Positions 12,509 through 24,294 of a stretch of DNA of 64,000 nt are shown here, piece after piece. Location: contig NC_087263.1 in the NCBI RefSeq assembly GCF_037042905.1, positions 14,138,001-14,202,000 of the forward strand. The letters are read 5' to 3'. The translations under genes and the position numbers were made by a program. The stretch comes from Lytechinus pictus. Taxonomy: Eukaryota. The notes under the pieces were generated by a model, which was not told the DNA's origin, ran no database searches, and worked only from the letters and a program-made list of their open reading frames with translations. How positions within the stretch are numbered: the stretch's first letter is position 1; each line of letters starts with the position of its first letter.

Positions 12509-12914
12509 GTAATGTTGTTAGAGTGATCCGATTGTAAGGTTTTGAAAAGTATTAGATTGAAGTTACAAAAATATTGCAATCGATTCTGTAAATAGCCTGA
12601 ATTGTGTGCTTGTTAATTTTGTGATGTTGATGGATTAGAGATATGTTCTATTGTATCTTCAGTTACGTAGTTATAATGGTATTATACATGAATAAGCAGT
12701 GCAAACTCAACAACTATGATAAGTTTTGTGAGTCGCTAAATTTGTTTAAAGCTTCAGAACCTTGACCAAAACTTTAGACAGGCTGTAAAGAAATGTTCTG
12801 TTATTTTGCTTGTTGAGCAGTGCTGTATGGTCAAGTCTGCTGAGTTTCACTAGTTGCTAGACCAAAGCTTTAGACATGCTTTTAAGATTTTTTTCTTATT
12901 TCTTATTTCTTCAG

Positions 12915-13122
12915 TTACTTGGATATGATGGTGTGATACCCGTTGAGCAGTGCCGTATGGTCAAGTATGACGAGTTTCACGAGTCGCTGGAGAGGTCATA
13001 CGAGGGGGAAGAGGACACGCCCATGGGTCAACTCCTCGGAGGGGTCAAGGGGTCGTACATGTTTGACCTTCTGATGGAGACAAGGACAGCGGAGCACCAA
13101 TTCCAGAGCTATAAACCAGGAG
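12915..13122 (+). CDS. USP47: USP47 coding exon 13
   Basis: [57 protein letters not shown]...SYKPG. ttcag acceptor, gtaagg donor. Confidence 0.96.
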
Positions 13123-13680
13123 GTAAGGAGGTTTATTTCATATTTTCTCTTTTTTTTTTGTCCCACTTCTTACATTCATTTTCTTATCTCCCTTGAGTGG
13201 TATTTATGTACGTGTATGACTGTATTACCATCATACAATGCAGGCCTGTTATAGATTATTTATCTTTTTTCTCCCTTTTTTTATCATGTCTATATCTAAT
13301 AATTTGCTACCTAATATTTTTGTAAGGGTCAACATTTATAAGACATATTGCTTTTTGTGCTGACCCCAATTCCCATATAATGTTCTCAGGTGATTTTGTA
13401 AATCAGATTTTTATTATTGGTTATGTATACCCAAAGGGGATGCAGTCAAGGCCGGCCTTGTGGCCACATTTTGCCGGCCTACGCCTTGGGCCGCGTCACT
13501 CGTACAAAAATCTATGGGACAAGGTTTTCTTCAGCAGCTTCAGGACTCAGAAGTATTGACCTCGACTACATCACTGATACCCAATACAATGATTGCATTT
13601 ATATTCACTATATGGAGAATGAAATGAAAACTAAACTTAGATTTTTCAACTTCTGTTATCTTATTGATTACCTTTTGTAG

Positions 13681-13796
13681 GTGTGACGATCAAATTATTT
13701 GTTGTCGACCTGAGGCAAGATGAAATCCGCAATCCCATCACGACGAGAGCGTACCATCAAACGACAATCGCAGATCTTAAACAACAGATTGAAGGG
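13681..13796 (+). CDS. USP47: USP47 coding exon 14
   Basis: GVTIKLFVVDLRQDEIRNPITTRAYHQTTIADLKQQIEG. tgtag acceptor, gtaagt donor. Confidence 0.93.
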
Positions 13797-14202
13797 GTAA
13801 GTGAATGGGGAGCATTTCATCACTACTGTCATCTGACAAGTAATCGGGGGAGCATTTCATCAACATTTTTGTCCAACAAGTTGCCAGATCTGACATCTTT
13901 CCTTGATTTTGATTGGCTGTGAGGCACTGTTACTATGGCAACTGTCGGATAAAAACGTCTGACAAGTCCTTTCATGAAACGCTTTCCTGGTCTGACACTT
14001 ACTATGGTAATTGTCAGATAAAATGGGACTTGTCGAATAAAACGTCCGACAAGTCCTTTCATGAAACGCTCCCCTGATCTGGCAACTTTCCTTGAATTTG
14101 ATTGGCTGAGAAGCATTCTTACTATGGCAACTATTTAATGAAACGTGACTTGTCGGAATTATTAAAAAAATCTTATTGTGAACTGCTTCCCTGACTGATA
14201 TA

Positions 14203-15022
14203 CAGTGCGTCCCACAAAAAACGAAACCGAGATTTATCGATGAATTATCATAACTTAATCACAAATACAATAGACAAATGACCTACCATTGTAAAGCTTA
14301 GACTCTCCTCTTTCCTCTGAAATTACTTAGATTATATCTCATTCACGCATGAGTGAGCAAAAACAATTTGAAGAGGTGATACCAAAAAGTCATTTGGCGG
14401 GCTGTATCTGGGTTTCAAAGAGAAAACCACATTTTTGAAAAGTTTAATACCTGCTCTTTGATTTGATACCTCAATTACAGAAAATGGTCAATAAATAACA
14501 AAGTTCTGGTTATTTGAAATAAGGCTTGAATTTCAACAATTTCATAAAATGAAGAGGTTTTACAGGCTAGCGTCCAGGCTCACTCGACACTCCGTTTTGT
14601 TGACGATCAGCCATGCATTAAGTCTTTTGTTAACCGTGCGATAGCTTCTGTGGGAAACGGGTGACAACACGTTTATTTCATGAAATTATGGAAATACAAG
14701 CATTGTTTCGAGGGAACATAACTTTTTTACTTCTTGGCCATTTTCTGTGATTAAGGTATCAAATAAAAGAGCAGATATTGAACTTTTTAGGCATGTGATT
14801 TTCTTTTTGAAATTCAGATACCCCCCGCCAAATGAGTTTTTGGTATCCTTTCTTCAAATTGTTTTTGCTCACTCATGCGTGAATGAGGAATAATCGAAAT
14901 AATATCAGATGAAAGAAGGGATTCTAAGCTTTACATTGGTAGGTCATTTGTCTGTTGTATTTATGATTAAGTTATGATAAATCATCGCTAAATCTCGGTT
15001 TCGTTTTTTGTGGGACGCACTG
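14203..15022. mobile_element. Tc1/mariner-type MITE with long TIRs and TA target duplication
   Basis: TA|CAGTGCGTCCCACAAAAAACGAAACCGAGATTTA ... TAAATCTCGGTTTCGTTTTTTGTGGGACGCACTG|TA. Arms are complementary over about 350 bp. Confidence 0.92.
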
Positions 15023-15750
15023 TATATTGCTGAAAGACATGAAAGAGTGTATCTTTGAGAAAGTTTGAGGTACACCTGACTCCGGAAGGATGCGTCTTTC
15101 TGGTTACATCTTTCTGGCCACAATCAGTTGGTCTACCTCTCAGCTGGTCTAATACATGTACCACATAGTCTAAACCCATTTGGTCTATTACCAATTTTTT
15201 CCAAGGGATACTGACTTGGTCTACCAACAGTTGGTCTTCTATGATAATCTAACACCACATGAGCTAAACCTGTTTGGTCTGTTATCACTTTGGTCTAAGG
15301 TGTACTCAATTGGTTTATCAGCAGTGGGTTAACTTCTCGGATAATCTATCACCACGTGACCTAAACCCATTTGGTCTACTATTATTGTGGTCTAATTGCC
15401 ATTTGGTCTGCACTACCTTTAGTACTATACCTACTTGGTCTAATTGTCATTTGGTCTACTGCCCAGGCTAATTTTCACTTCTTAATTTTTTTACTCTGTC
15501 AAATAAAAAAATTGATTTATAAACAGTTCCTGTCATCACTTAGGCTAAATGGTGTTCTAAGACCAATTATTTGACCCTTTTTTTCTGCCAAAGTGTTGTA
15601 TTTTCCAGCTTCTATTTGTTCAAAATTCCAATTTGTATTTTCATGCAAGCATTTGGAATGAGAAGCAAAAAAAGTATTTTATGGAGGCTATTTCAATTTG
15701 TTTAGGGGATAATTAAATTAGTCCTGAGCACCCATCTATTTTCTCCACAG

Positions 15751-15870
15751 TTAACCGGTCTATCATCCAGTAAGATGCGCCTGGTATTAGAGAAATACTA
15801 CAACGAGCTTCGTCTTCTCACCGTCCCTAGCAAGAATCTGAAATCAGAGGGATTCAGTAAATGCAATAAG
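15751..15870 (+). CDS. USP47: USP47 coding exon 15
   Basis: [40 protein letters not shown]. cacag acceptor, gtagta donor. Confidence 0.94.
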
Positions 15871-16317
15871 GTAGTATCACCAATTTTTTTTGTGTATTTG
15901 TACGTTCTTCCAGGGCATTAAAAACATATTTAACGATAGTAGGGGTACAAACTATAGTTGCATTAGACTTTTGATTCAGGGATACATCAGGCTCGAGCTT
16001 GTCTTTTTTGCATTCAATTTTAACATAAGACAAAATGGATTTTCTATTTAATGCTGCACTTTGGTTTCTTATGTCAATAGGGTAAATTTTCTCCACAAAT
16101 ACTTAATATTCTTTCAAAAGTATTAAGGGATAAGGAGTGCAAGTTCTCATACTCGCAGTTATCTTTGAAAGGGGCTTTTGCATGAAAGCTTAATTGGACT
16201 AGAGGTGGCCAAAAGTTTGCGGTGAATGCCGTGTAAGCTAGCACTGACATCTGTCATGAGTTTCTAGTGACTTAATGATTTGTCAATAGAACATGTGTAG
16301 AATGTCTTGGTATATGT

Positions 16318-16658
16318 GGAAGAGCCGTGGTGTAGTGGTTCTGACTCTTGCCTTGTCAACAGAGGGTCGTGTGTTCGAATCCCACCGCGGTCTAGCGTCC
16401 TTTGGCAAGGCGTTAATCCACACTTTGCCACTCTCGACCCAGGTGCTAAATGGGTACCCGGTAGGATGCAAAAGATATTGTATGTTTGATTTTGCCAGCG
16501 CCATGAGGCTGCGATGAATGCAAGGAATGCTCCCCAGGGAGTGGAAATTGTGCAGTTTTCGTGCGGGATTAAAATGAATCCAATGACCGGGGTAATAATA
16601 TGCTGTAACACGCTTTGAGCCATTCTGGGAAAAGCGCTTGATAAAAATTGGCTATTAT
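16318..16658 (+). mobile_element. tRNA-derived SINE
   Basis: A box tggtgtagtgg, B box gttcgaatccc, core acccaggtgctaaatgggtacc, tail ending tattatta. TATATGT repeated at both flanks. Confidence 0.88.
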
Positions 16659-16703
16659 TATATGTACACTTATTAATATAATAATACATTTATGCTATCC
16701 CAG

Positions 16704-16830
16704 GTGTTTGTTGAAGCAAGTGGTCTGGAAGATGTGGATATTGAATTTCCAAGTTCCCAGCTCTACACCCTACTCGATAGATATGCCAACACAATCCGTC
16801 TTCTTGTATCACTACCACCACCGCTAGGAG
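16704..16830 (+). CDS. USP47: USP47 coding exon 16
   Basis: VFVEASGLEDVDIEFPSSQLYTLLDRYANTIRLLVSLPPPLG. cccag acceptor, gtgaga donor. Confidence 0.94.
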
Positions 16831-16839
16831 GTGAGAAAC

Positions 16840-16994
16840 GGATGATGGTGGATATGATGGTTATGATGATGATGATTATGATGTTGGTGATGATGATGGT
16901 GATGGTGGTGGTGATGATGGTGATGATGATGATGACTATATGATGATGACGATGGTGATGATGATGATGATGATGGTGATGGTGATGGTGATGG

Positions 16995-17025
<31 letters not shown>

Positions 17026-17160
17026 GATGATGATGATGGTGATGATAATGATGTTAATAATGATGATGATGACGAAAGTAATGGTGATGATGATGATGGT
17101 AATGGTGATGATGATGATGATAATGATGATGATGATGATGATTATAGTTGTAATGATGAA
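16840..17160 (+). repeat. Imperfect (GAT/GGT)n microsatellite
   Basis: Directly visible; fills most of intron 16. Confidence 0.97.
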
Positions 17161-17229
17161 ATTAATTATTGTCATCAACGAATTGAGCTTTATCCAGATA
17201 ATCAAATATTTTTTTCTTCTTTGATTTAG

Positions 17230-18102
17230 AAGAGGAAGACAGTTCCAAAGATGAAGTGTCAGAGACGAGTTCATCAATAGACTCGGTGGCGGAGAAATTC
17301 TCCGACCTTCAAGTGGAGACTGGAGGCCTCTCTCCCAACAAAATCCCAACGCCGAGCCCAACAGGAAGTTCCTCAACGCTGAGCGACGATCACCCGCTGG
17401 AGAAGAACGGTGTGAATTTAGTGGGTAGTGAAACGGACAGTGGAGTTGTGTCACTGAACGAAGCTCGTCTTACAGATGAACAACCAGGAGAGGATGATAA
17501 TGTATTAGGAGATGAACTCCGTGGGGAACCCGATGGCGGGTGTGATAGTCTAAAAGAGAAGCAAAGCATTGTGGACCCTTTGAATGCTCAAGAATTAACT
17601 GATGCGTTAAATGCAGCAAGGCCAGTTGCGAGCGATTTAATGCCTACACATCCGCCCAAGGATGCAAGTCACAGAGACAAAGGGGAAAGCGCCCCCAGAG
17701 TCCCTTCTTTATCTAGCCAGAGACAAATCGCCAAGAGCCACTTGACGTTGCCGGTGGCGTCGCAATCGCAGGCTGCGGCTTCCTGCACAGAATGCGGGAA
17801 GCTGCAGGTGCCCGACGCGGGCAGCCTTCGTCCCCGGGCCATGAGCCCGCTTCCGGGACCTCTCAACCCTCAAATCATGGACGCTATTCATAGGCGGAGG
17901 GACGCGGTGGATCAGTCGTGTGATAGGGGTGCAGACGGGATGGAGCCGGGCTTTATTGGTCCTAGTGGACCCCCTCTAGGGTATGCTGAACCCCCTAATG
18001 TAGACTCAGATCAGGAACTCAGTGATGCGGTTAGAACGCAAAGGAAGAAGAAGAATTGGTACTTCAAGCCTTTAGAACTCTCAGATACGGAGGAAGGCAG
18101 AG
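17230..18102 (+). CDS. USP47: USP47 coding exon 17 (873 nt, low-complexity/disordered region)
   Basis: Open in the frame required by both flanking exons (phase 1 / phase 1). tttag acceptor, gtagga donor. Ends in KKKNWYFKPLELSDTEEGR. Confidence 0.88.
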
Positions 18103-18533
18103 GTAGGAGGAATTTTCATTTTTACCCAACCCTTTCGTTCATGTGATAAACCATGTGGTGGACTGCAAAATTGAACTGTTCACAATCACTGCACAATTAT
18201 TGTTATGTTCAGCATGGATGACTCCATCATTTAGTAATTCAAGCAGTATTACATCTGCCATGTTTCCCATTGAAGAGATAAATTAAATTGTTCAAGTAAC
18301 CTACAAATAGCTCTTTGAAGCACCCATCAGAGCCCCATTGCATAAAAGTTACTATTATGCTAACTTTGCCATGCAATGGTAACTACCATGGAATCCTTGA
18401 TTTTGATTGGCTGTTGATCATCGTTACCATGGTAGTTACCATTGGATATCAAAGTTACCTTAATAAAAACTTTTATGCAACGGGCCCTGATGTGACAGTC
18501 TCTTAACTTTGTGATGTATTGCTTATCTTTTAG

Positions 18534-18625
18534 TGTTAGTGGTAAACCTTGACAGGCGGATGTCCTTAGGATTCTTCAAAACGTGCGTTGAAACACACGT
18601 AGGAACAACAGCACTCAATTTCAAG
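18534..18625 (+). CDS. USP47: USP47 coding exon 18
   Basis: VLVVNLDRRMSLGFFKTCVETHVGTTALNFK (cf. vertebrate LMVHVDKRITLAAFK). tttag acceptor, gtaggt donor. Confidence 0.92.
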
Positions 18626-19377
18626 GTAGGTTTCAAGGAATAAAGTTTTTAAGGCTATAAAGATAAATACCAATAGTGGTAACGATCTCAATATGAGTTC
18701 AAACAGGATCCAATAAAATGGTCACCCAAGTGTTTAAATAAAAATAGTATGTGTCAAAATGGCTCAGGAAGAAAATGCGTAATTGCTGAAAAATTAGCGG
18801 AATAAGCACAGAATTCCATCAAATGTCGGGTATTCTCCACACATACATGTACATGTATGCTTTTCTGTGTTTATTGATCATCAGAATTCTGTTTTGAGCT
18901 AAGATTTCATGATTTTACAAAGATAAGTTTACATTAATGTACCAGATCTACATACATGACAACATGATGACAAGTAATCTTGATTTAAAAGACTTTCTCA
19001 TGAAATAATTATTTGCTGCAGCTTCTTTCTTTTACCTTTTATCTTACAAAATTGTTCTCCCTGAAAATACAACCAAACCACACATAACCTGCAAAGTTCC
19101 ATTGATAGGCTCCTCTTGAAATTACCTTCCACTAAAAAAATAAAGGCAACTCATTGAGATTGCATTTATAGCTTTGCAGTTCGCAAACTGTGGAAACAAC
19201 TCCCCATGAAATTAAAATGATGCCGCCTGTCCCTGTTTTTAATTCGTCATGGAAGTCCCATCTCTTTTGGTTAAGCATTTTTAGTAGGTTGATGTCATTT
19301 TGTATTACATATATTGTTGAATTGTTTGTTCTAGTCCCAACTCTTAAGGTGAAGAATTTTGTAATATATGTATTTAA

Positions 19378-19567
19378 GGCCCTGTCACATCATTCCGTGC
19401 AAGCCTTGCGGGTGATTTCCCGCAACTCACCCGCAACAAAGTCAGACTTGCGTATGCTCCCACGGGCAACTGCGTGTGAGATGCGTGCAAGATACTGTCG
19501 ATGCGGGTAACCTGCGGGTAGCAAAAAAAGTCACACGCAAGGCTTGCGCAGAACGATGTGACGGCCT
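19378..19567. mobile_element. Harbinger-like MITE
   Basis: ggcc..gtcacatc.ttc.g.gcaagccttgcg / cgcaaggcttgcgcagaacgatgtgacggcc inverted ends, with TAA/TTA flanks. Confidence 0.7.
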
Positions 19568-19574
19568 TTAGCAG

Positions 19575-19770
19575 TAGGAGGCTCAAAGCGCAGTAGAGTA
19601 TAGGCCTATCTATGTCGAAAAGACAGAGCACTTTGCCTGCCCCACTGCCGGCTGTTGATTGTCCCCACTGCACCAGACTTTTTGGGGTGAGGATTGGTCT
19701 CTTCAGCCATCTTCAAACCCGCAAGAATTTGTGAAGTTGTGGTCATCTTCGCAAGGACGAACATCCTTCC
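19575..19770 (+). mobile_element. RTE-clade LINE 3'-end remnant
   Basis: 19660-19734 encodes CPHCTRLFGVRIGLFSHLQTRKNL*, resembling the C-terminal zinc-finger-like end of RTE ORFs, followed by a short 3'UTR-like segment. Confidence 0.6.
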
Positions 19771-19833
19771 TATGTAGTTGCTGGGCTATATGAATTCATT
19801 GTATTATTTCAATTATTATATGATTGGTTACAG

Positions 19834-19998
19834 GTCTACAGAGTGTATGCCAACAATCAAGAGTTTGAGAGTATCCGATTGAACGAGACATTGCAATCGT
19901 ACAGCGACGATAGTCGGATAGTTATCAAACTGGGTAGAGCTCTGCGGAAGGGAGAGTATCGGGTCAATATCCATCAATTACAAGTTAACTCAAATGAG
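19834..19998 (+). CDS. USP47: USP47 coding exon 19
   Basis: [55 protein letters not shown]. tacag acceptor, gtaagt donor. Confidence 0.96.
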
Positions 19999-20936
19999 GT
20001 AAGTTTGGATTTGATTAATTATTGTAACAGTACATGTTTTCTTCTGGGATAGTTGTCAAATTACGTGTTGCCTGACCACTGAGGAAGGGATAGTATCGCG
20101 TCAATATCCATCAATTACAAGATTAACTCAAATGAGGTGAGTTTAGATTTGATCAATTATTGTAACTGTACATGTTTTCTTCTGGGATAGTTGTCAAATT
20201 ATGTGTTGGCTGAGCATTGAGGAAGGGATGGTATTGCATCAACTTTCAGTTAACTCATAATTATTTGATCTGTTATTGTGAGAGTACATATGTGACCAAA
20301 GCAAAAAAGAGTTGCCAGGAAGTTTCTCTGTAAATTGCCAAGATAGGTTGGTCTTCAAAGAGCATGGCTTATCTGAAAGAATGATTTGCTTTAATACTGT
20401 CGTAATTTGAAGTTGTGAAGTTGAATAGAATACAAGATTCAAATGTTAATTTGGCACCATGTTCTGTGGAGTGATTGGAAAATTTACCAAGATTGCCCAG
20501 TAAGCACATTTCATGCTTCAGTGAACCCCAAACTTCAAATTTTTGTTTTCTCTCTATTTTTTTTCTGAAGCTCTTGATACATTTCTTCTGCATTCAATCA
20601 AGTACTTGAGTGGGTTATTGTTGATCAATTCGGACAAGTAATATATCATTTTCAAGCTTTGGATGCACTTTTCAATCCCAATATAAAAGATCTCAAAATC
20701 CATTTTGGGCTTTTGGTGATTTGTTGTTGGTTTTGAGGTGGCTGGTCACATTTTATTTTATTTTATTTTTTTTTTTTTTGGGGGGGGAAGTCTTCAAACT
20801 CAGCAGGAGTCTAATAAAGGGACAGTATCAGATCAGTATTAAATTGGCAACTACTGGTAGATAAATGGCATTATATACGTGTAGATACTGTGTACTATAT
20901 TATTATTGGTATCCACTTTGTTTTGTCTTTCCACAG

Positions 20937-21052
20937 CCAATCAGGTATCTCTTTGATTGGGTGTTTGCCAAAGGTATGACTGTCTTACAGTCAAAGAAAG
21001 AACTCCTTCCAGAACTCAAGAAGAAATGTGGAATAGACGTCCCTCTAGACAG
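20937..21052 (+). CDS. USP47: USP47 coding exon 20
   Basis: [39 protein letters not shown]. cacag acceptor, gtcagt donor. Confidence 0.95.
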
Positions 21053-21645
21053 GTCAGTTGATATTAAGTGATATTTACCTAAGAAAAAGTGTGGAAGAGA
21101 TGTACCTCTAGACAGGTCAGGTAATATCAAATAATATTTACCGAAAGAAAAAGTGTGGAAGAGATAGTCTAGACAGGTCAGTTGATATAAAATAATATTT
21201 ACTGAAAGAAAAAGTGTGGAAGAGATGTACCCCAAGACAGGTCAGTTAATATCAAATAATATTTACCTATAGAAAAGGTGTGGAAGAGATGTACCTCTAG
21301 ACAGGTCAGTTAATATCAAATAATATTTACCTAAAGAAAAGGTGTGGAAGAGATGTACCTCTAGACAGGTCAGTTAATATCAAATAATATTTACCTGAAG
21401 AAAAGGTGTGGAAGAGATGTACCTCTAGACAGGTCAGTTAATATCAAATAATATTTACCTAAAGAAAAGGTGTGGAAGAGATGTACCTCTAGACAGGTCA
21501 GTTAATATCAAATGATATTTACCTAAAGAAAAAGTGTGGAAGAGGTGTACCTCTAGACAGGTCAGTTGATATTAAATGATATTTACCTAAAGAAAAAGTG
21601 TGGAAGAGATGTACCTCTAGACAGGCCAGTTAATATAAAATAATA
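21020..21645 (+). repeat. 64-bp minisatellite derived from the exon 20 / intron junction, 10 copies
   Basis: ACAGG(T/C)CAG begins at 21049, 21112, 21173, 21237, 21301, 21365, 21429, 21493, 21557 and 21621. Confidence 0.95.
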
Positions 21646-22389
21646 TGAAATGGTTATGTGGATCGTAATCAAATTATTGGCTGAAATCTATCATGTCACA
21701 TGTCATTTATTTCAACTAACAGGAAAATTTGCTAATGTTTGGTACATGTACTAATGACTAGTTTCATTATGTGGTCATCTTTTTGAGATGAGGATTGTTT
21801 ATCAAATAACAAGTATCCATATACAGTAACTTCTATTGCTGCATCTTGATCTGCTTATGAGCAATAGATAGTTCCTACTTTTTGGGGGTATATGCAAAAA
21901 TAAATGATGAAATATTTTCTGAAATATGACTCAAATTTACTCACGTATGGACTCTAATCTGACAATGAAATAATGAACAACAATACTCTAACGACCACAT
22001 GTTCAATTTTCACTTGTCGGGATTGATCATAAAAGTGTCAAAATCTGGTTTCAATAAAGGTCAAATTCTTACTTTTCAATAATTAAAGGTTACTTGATAC
22101 AAATCTGGCTAAATTTCTTGGAGCAACATCACTAGGGTATTGATGATTTATCATGTGTTCAAATTCCAGTTTATTGATATAAAAGATGGAATATTAATAT
22201 AAATGATTATTTCCAAAAAATCACTCCTCAGATTTCCCCATGAAATTACTTGCGGCTTCGAATGGCGGATTTCAGAGGCAACATACTGCCATACTTTCTT
22301 TTGTGCTTCTGTAGAAGTGAACAACTGCTTGAATAAATTTGTTGCCTGTTCGAACTTCAGTCATAAACAGGTCTTCCAGTATAGATTGT

Positions 22390-22810
22390 TTACAAATAAT
22401 GCACGTAAGCACGTGCATGCAGGGCCAAATAATGAACGATGTGCGAGAAGAGCCAATGGATAAACGGCACCGAGGTCAGCAGGACCGAGTGCAGTATATC
22501 CATTTGGTGAGTCAAGCACACAAGTTCATTATTTAGGTCCTCTATGCACAAGAATGCATGCATTGTTTGTTTTATACCACCCCCCCCCCCCCATGTTACT
22601 GAGTGCCCTGAATGCTATATTTGATCTAATTTCTAGATAATTCCAGACCTTGCACTATCCTGCACTCTGACGTCAGAGTGCAGGATAGTACATTTGGTAG
22701 GACGTCAGAGTGCAGGATAGTGCATTTTGGATGCAATAGTGCAATACGCCGAATATCATGTCCGATTTGGACCAATCAGATTACAGAACATTCTTGTGAG
22801 TTGTATAATA
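22390..22810. repeat. Interspersed repeat, copy 2 (see 9570-9993)
   Basis: Direct similarity to 9570-9993. Confidence 0.85.
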
Positions 22811-22840
22811 TTGTATACATGTATTTCTTTACCTGTGCAG

Positions 22841-22959
22841 GTTACGTTTACGGAAGAAGTCCTGGAAGAACCCTGCCACTATATTCCTCAACGATCGTAT
22901 CTACGAAGAAGACATCCCAATCTTCACCAACTGGGAAGTCTTTGTGGAGCTCCTAGATA
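22841..22959 (+). CDS. USP47: USP47 coding exon 21
   Basis: [39 protein letters not shown]. tgcag acceptor, gtaaga donor. Confidence 0.96.
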
Positions 22960-23172
22960 GTAAGATAATCATCATGTATTCTTGATACCATACTCGACAG
23001 AGTAACCACATTTTGTGGTTTACTCTAATAACTTTTGATGCAAAGCCCTTCAGAGGATATGAAATATGTTAAAAGAAAGAGTTATAAAGAATATGCGTAT
23101 AGTATCTGTTTTATGTTGCATTAGTTTCATGTAGGATTTGCCTACCAGTTAATATGAAGGATGCTATACTAA

Positions 23173-23677
23173 AGGGGAAGTTCACCCTGACAAAATTTTA
23201 TTGTAAAAATAGCAGAAAAAATATTTTAAAATATTGCTGAAGCTTTGAAAGAATCCATCAAAGAATGAAAAAGTTTTTAGAAATTTTATTATTTGATTTG
23301 TGATGTCATATGCGAGCAGCTTTCGTAATGTACATATTGTATGACCAAAAAAAATCAATGAAACATCATTTTTTTCAGAAAATCGAAAATAGCCTTTTAC
23401 TGTACCTTCAGTATATCAATAGACCATTTATTTCAACGGGCTGTTCCCAAAAAGTAAACAAAAATAAGTCATCACGAACCATAAAAATTGTTTTTAATGC
23501 ATTTTATATTACACAACAAATGGGGCGGCTACTCGTTTATGATGTCACATATCCAAAACTTCAAATTCTAAGAACTTTCTTAATCTTTAATAGATTTTCC
23601 TCAAATCTTCGCCAATATTTGTTATTATTTTTTCTGCTATTTTTACAACAAACTTTTCTTCAGAGTGAACTTCCGCT
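23173..23677. mobile_element. Kolobok-like MITE (second copy 40161-40663)
   Basis: aggggaagttcaccctga / tcagagtgaacttccgct long TIRs. Confidence 0.8.
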
Positions 23678-23837
23678 TTATTGATACAGTAATCAACTAA
23701 ACTTTCTTAAATAGCTTTAGGTTAATTATCCTCATAATTAAAAGTTTTCTTTCACTGAACATGAGGGTGGGACATATTCACAATACTTTCAAGGAAGAGT
23801 AGTATTTGAGTTCTGTCATTTGTATCCATTTTTTTAG

Positions 23838-23968
23838 GACCGGAGCAGGTGCAGTCGTCATCTCAACTGGCATTGTATGTCAGGCGATGGCGCCCTTCAG
23901 AGATGAAGCTAGATCCCTTTGAGGAAGTGATTCTTGACGATACCAATGTCACGGACCTCAAGGCAGCA
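23838..23968 (+). CDS. USP47: USP47 coding exon 22
   Basis: PEQVQSSSQLALYVRRWRPSEMKLDPFEEVILDDTNVTDLKAA. tttag acceptor, gtaagt donor. Confidence 0.95.
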
Positions 23969-24117
23969 GTAAGTTTGAAAGAAATAATCTTCATACATGT
24001 CCCTACAGGAGGTAGTAGAGAAAAAAAATGTTAACAGTCAATTGATGCAATAATGAATATATTTTTGGCCAGCATGTTGCACTGCAGATACTTTTGCAGT
24101 ACAGAGTGACACAATAT

Positions 24118-24294
24118 TTCATGGCTGTTTTTTATACTTACTTTCTCATCACTACATGTATCTCTTGATCTTTCTCTAGTTTTTAGATAAAAGTGGGATC
24201 AGATATGGAAAGCGTCCAGTTTGCAAACGGTAGTGGGATGTCTCCTTGCGAGATCTCTATCCTAAATAGTATTAAAAACTTGGAATTTGAGTAA
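24118..24294 (+). pseudogene. Decayed duplicate (pseudo-exon) of USP47 exon 23 with its acceptor
   Basis: After tctctag the sequence reads FLDKSGI, a +1 frameshift, then MESVQFANGSGMSPCEISILNSIKNLEFE*, versus [37 protein letters not shown] in the real exon. The upstream intron flank is also similar. Confidence 0.85.

Noticed and set aside
16936..17454. Poly-Met / poly-Ile ORFs, also at 26517-27168 and 27710-28116
   Set aside because: Translations of (GAT)n/(CAT)n microsatellites in introns; not genes.
21020..21645. Regularly spaced repeats that might look like a CRISPR array (also 44186-44880)
   Set aside because: Units repeat over their full length with no unique spacers, there are no cas genes, and the context is eukaryotic.
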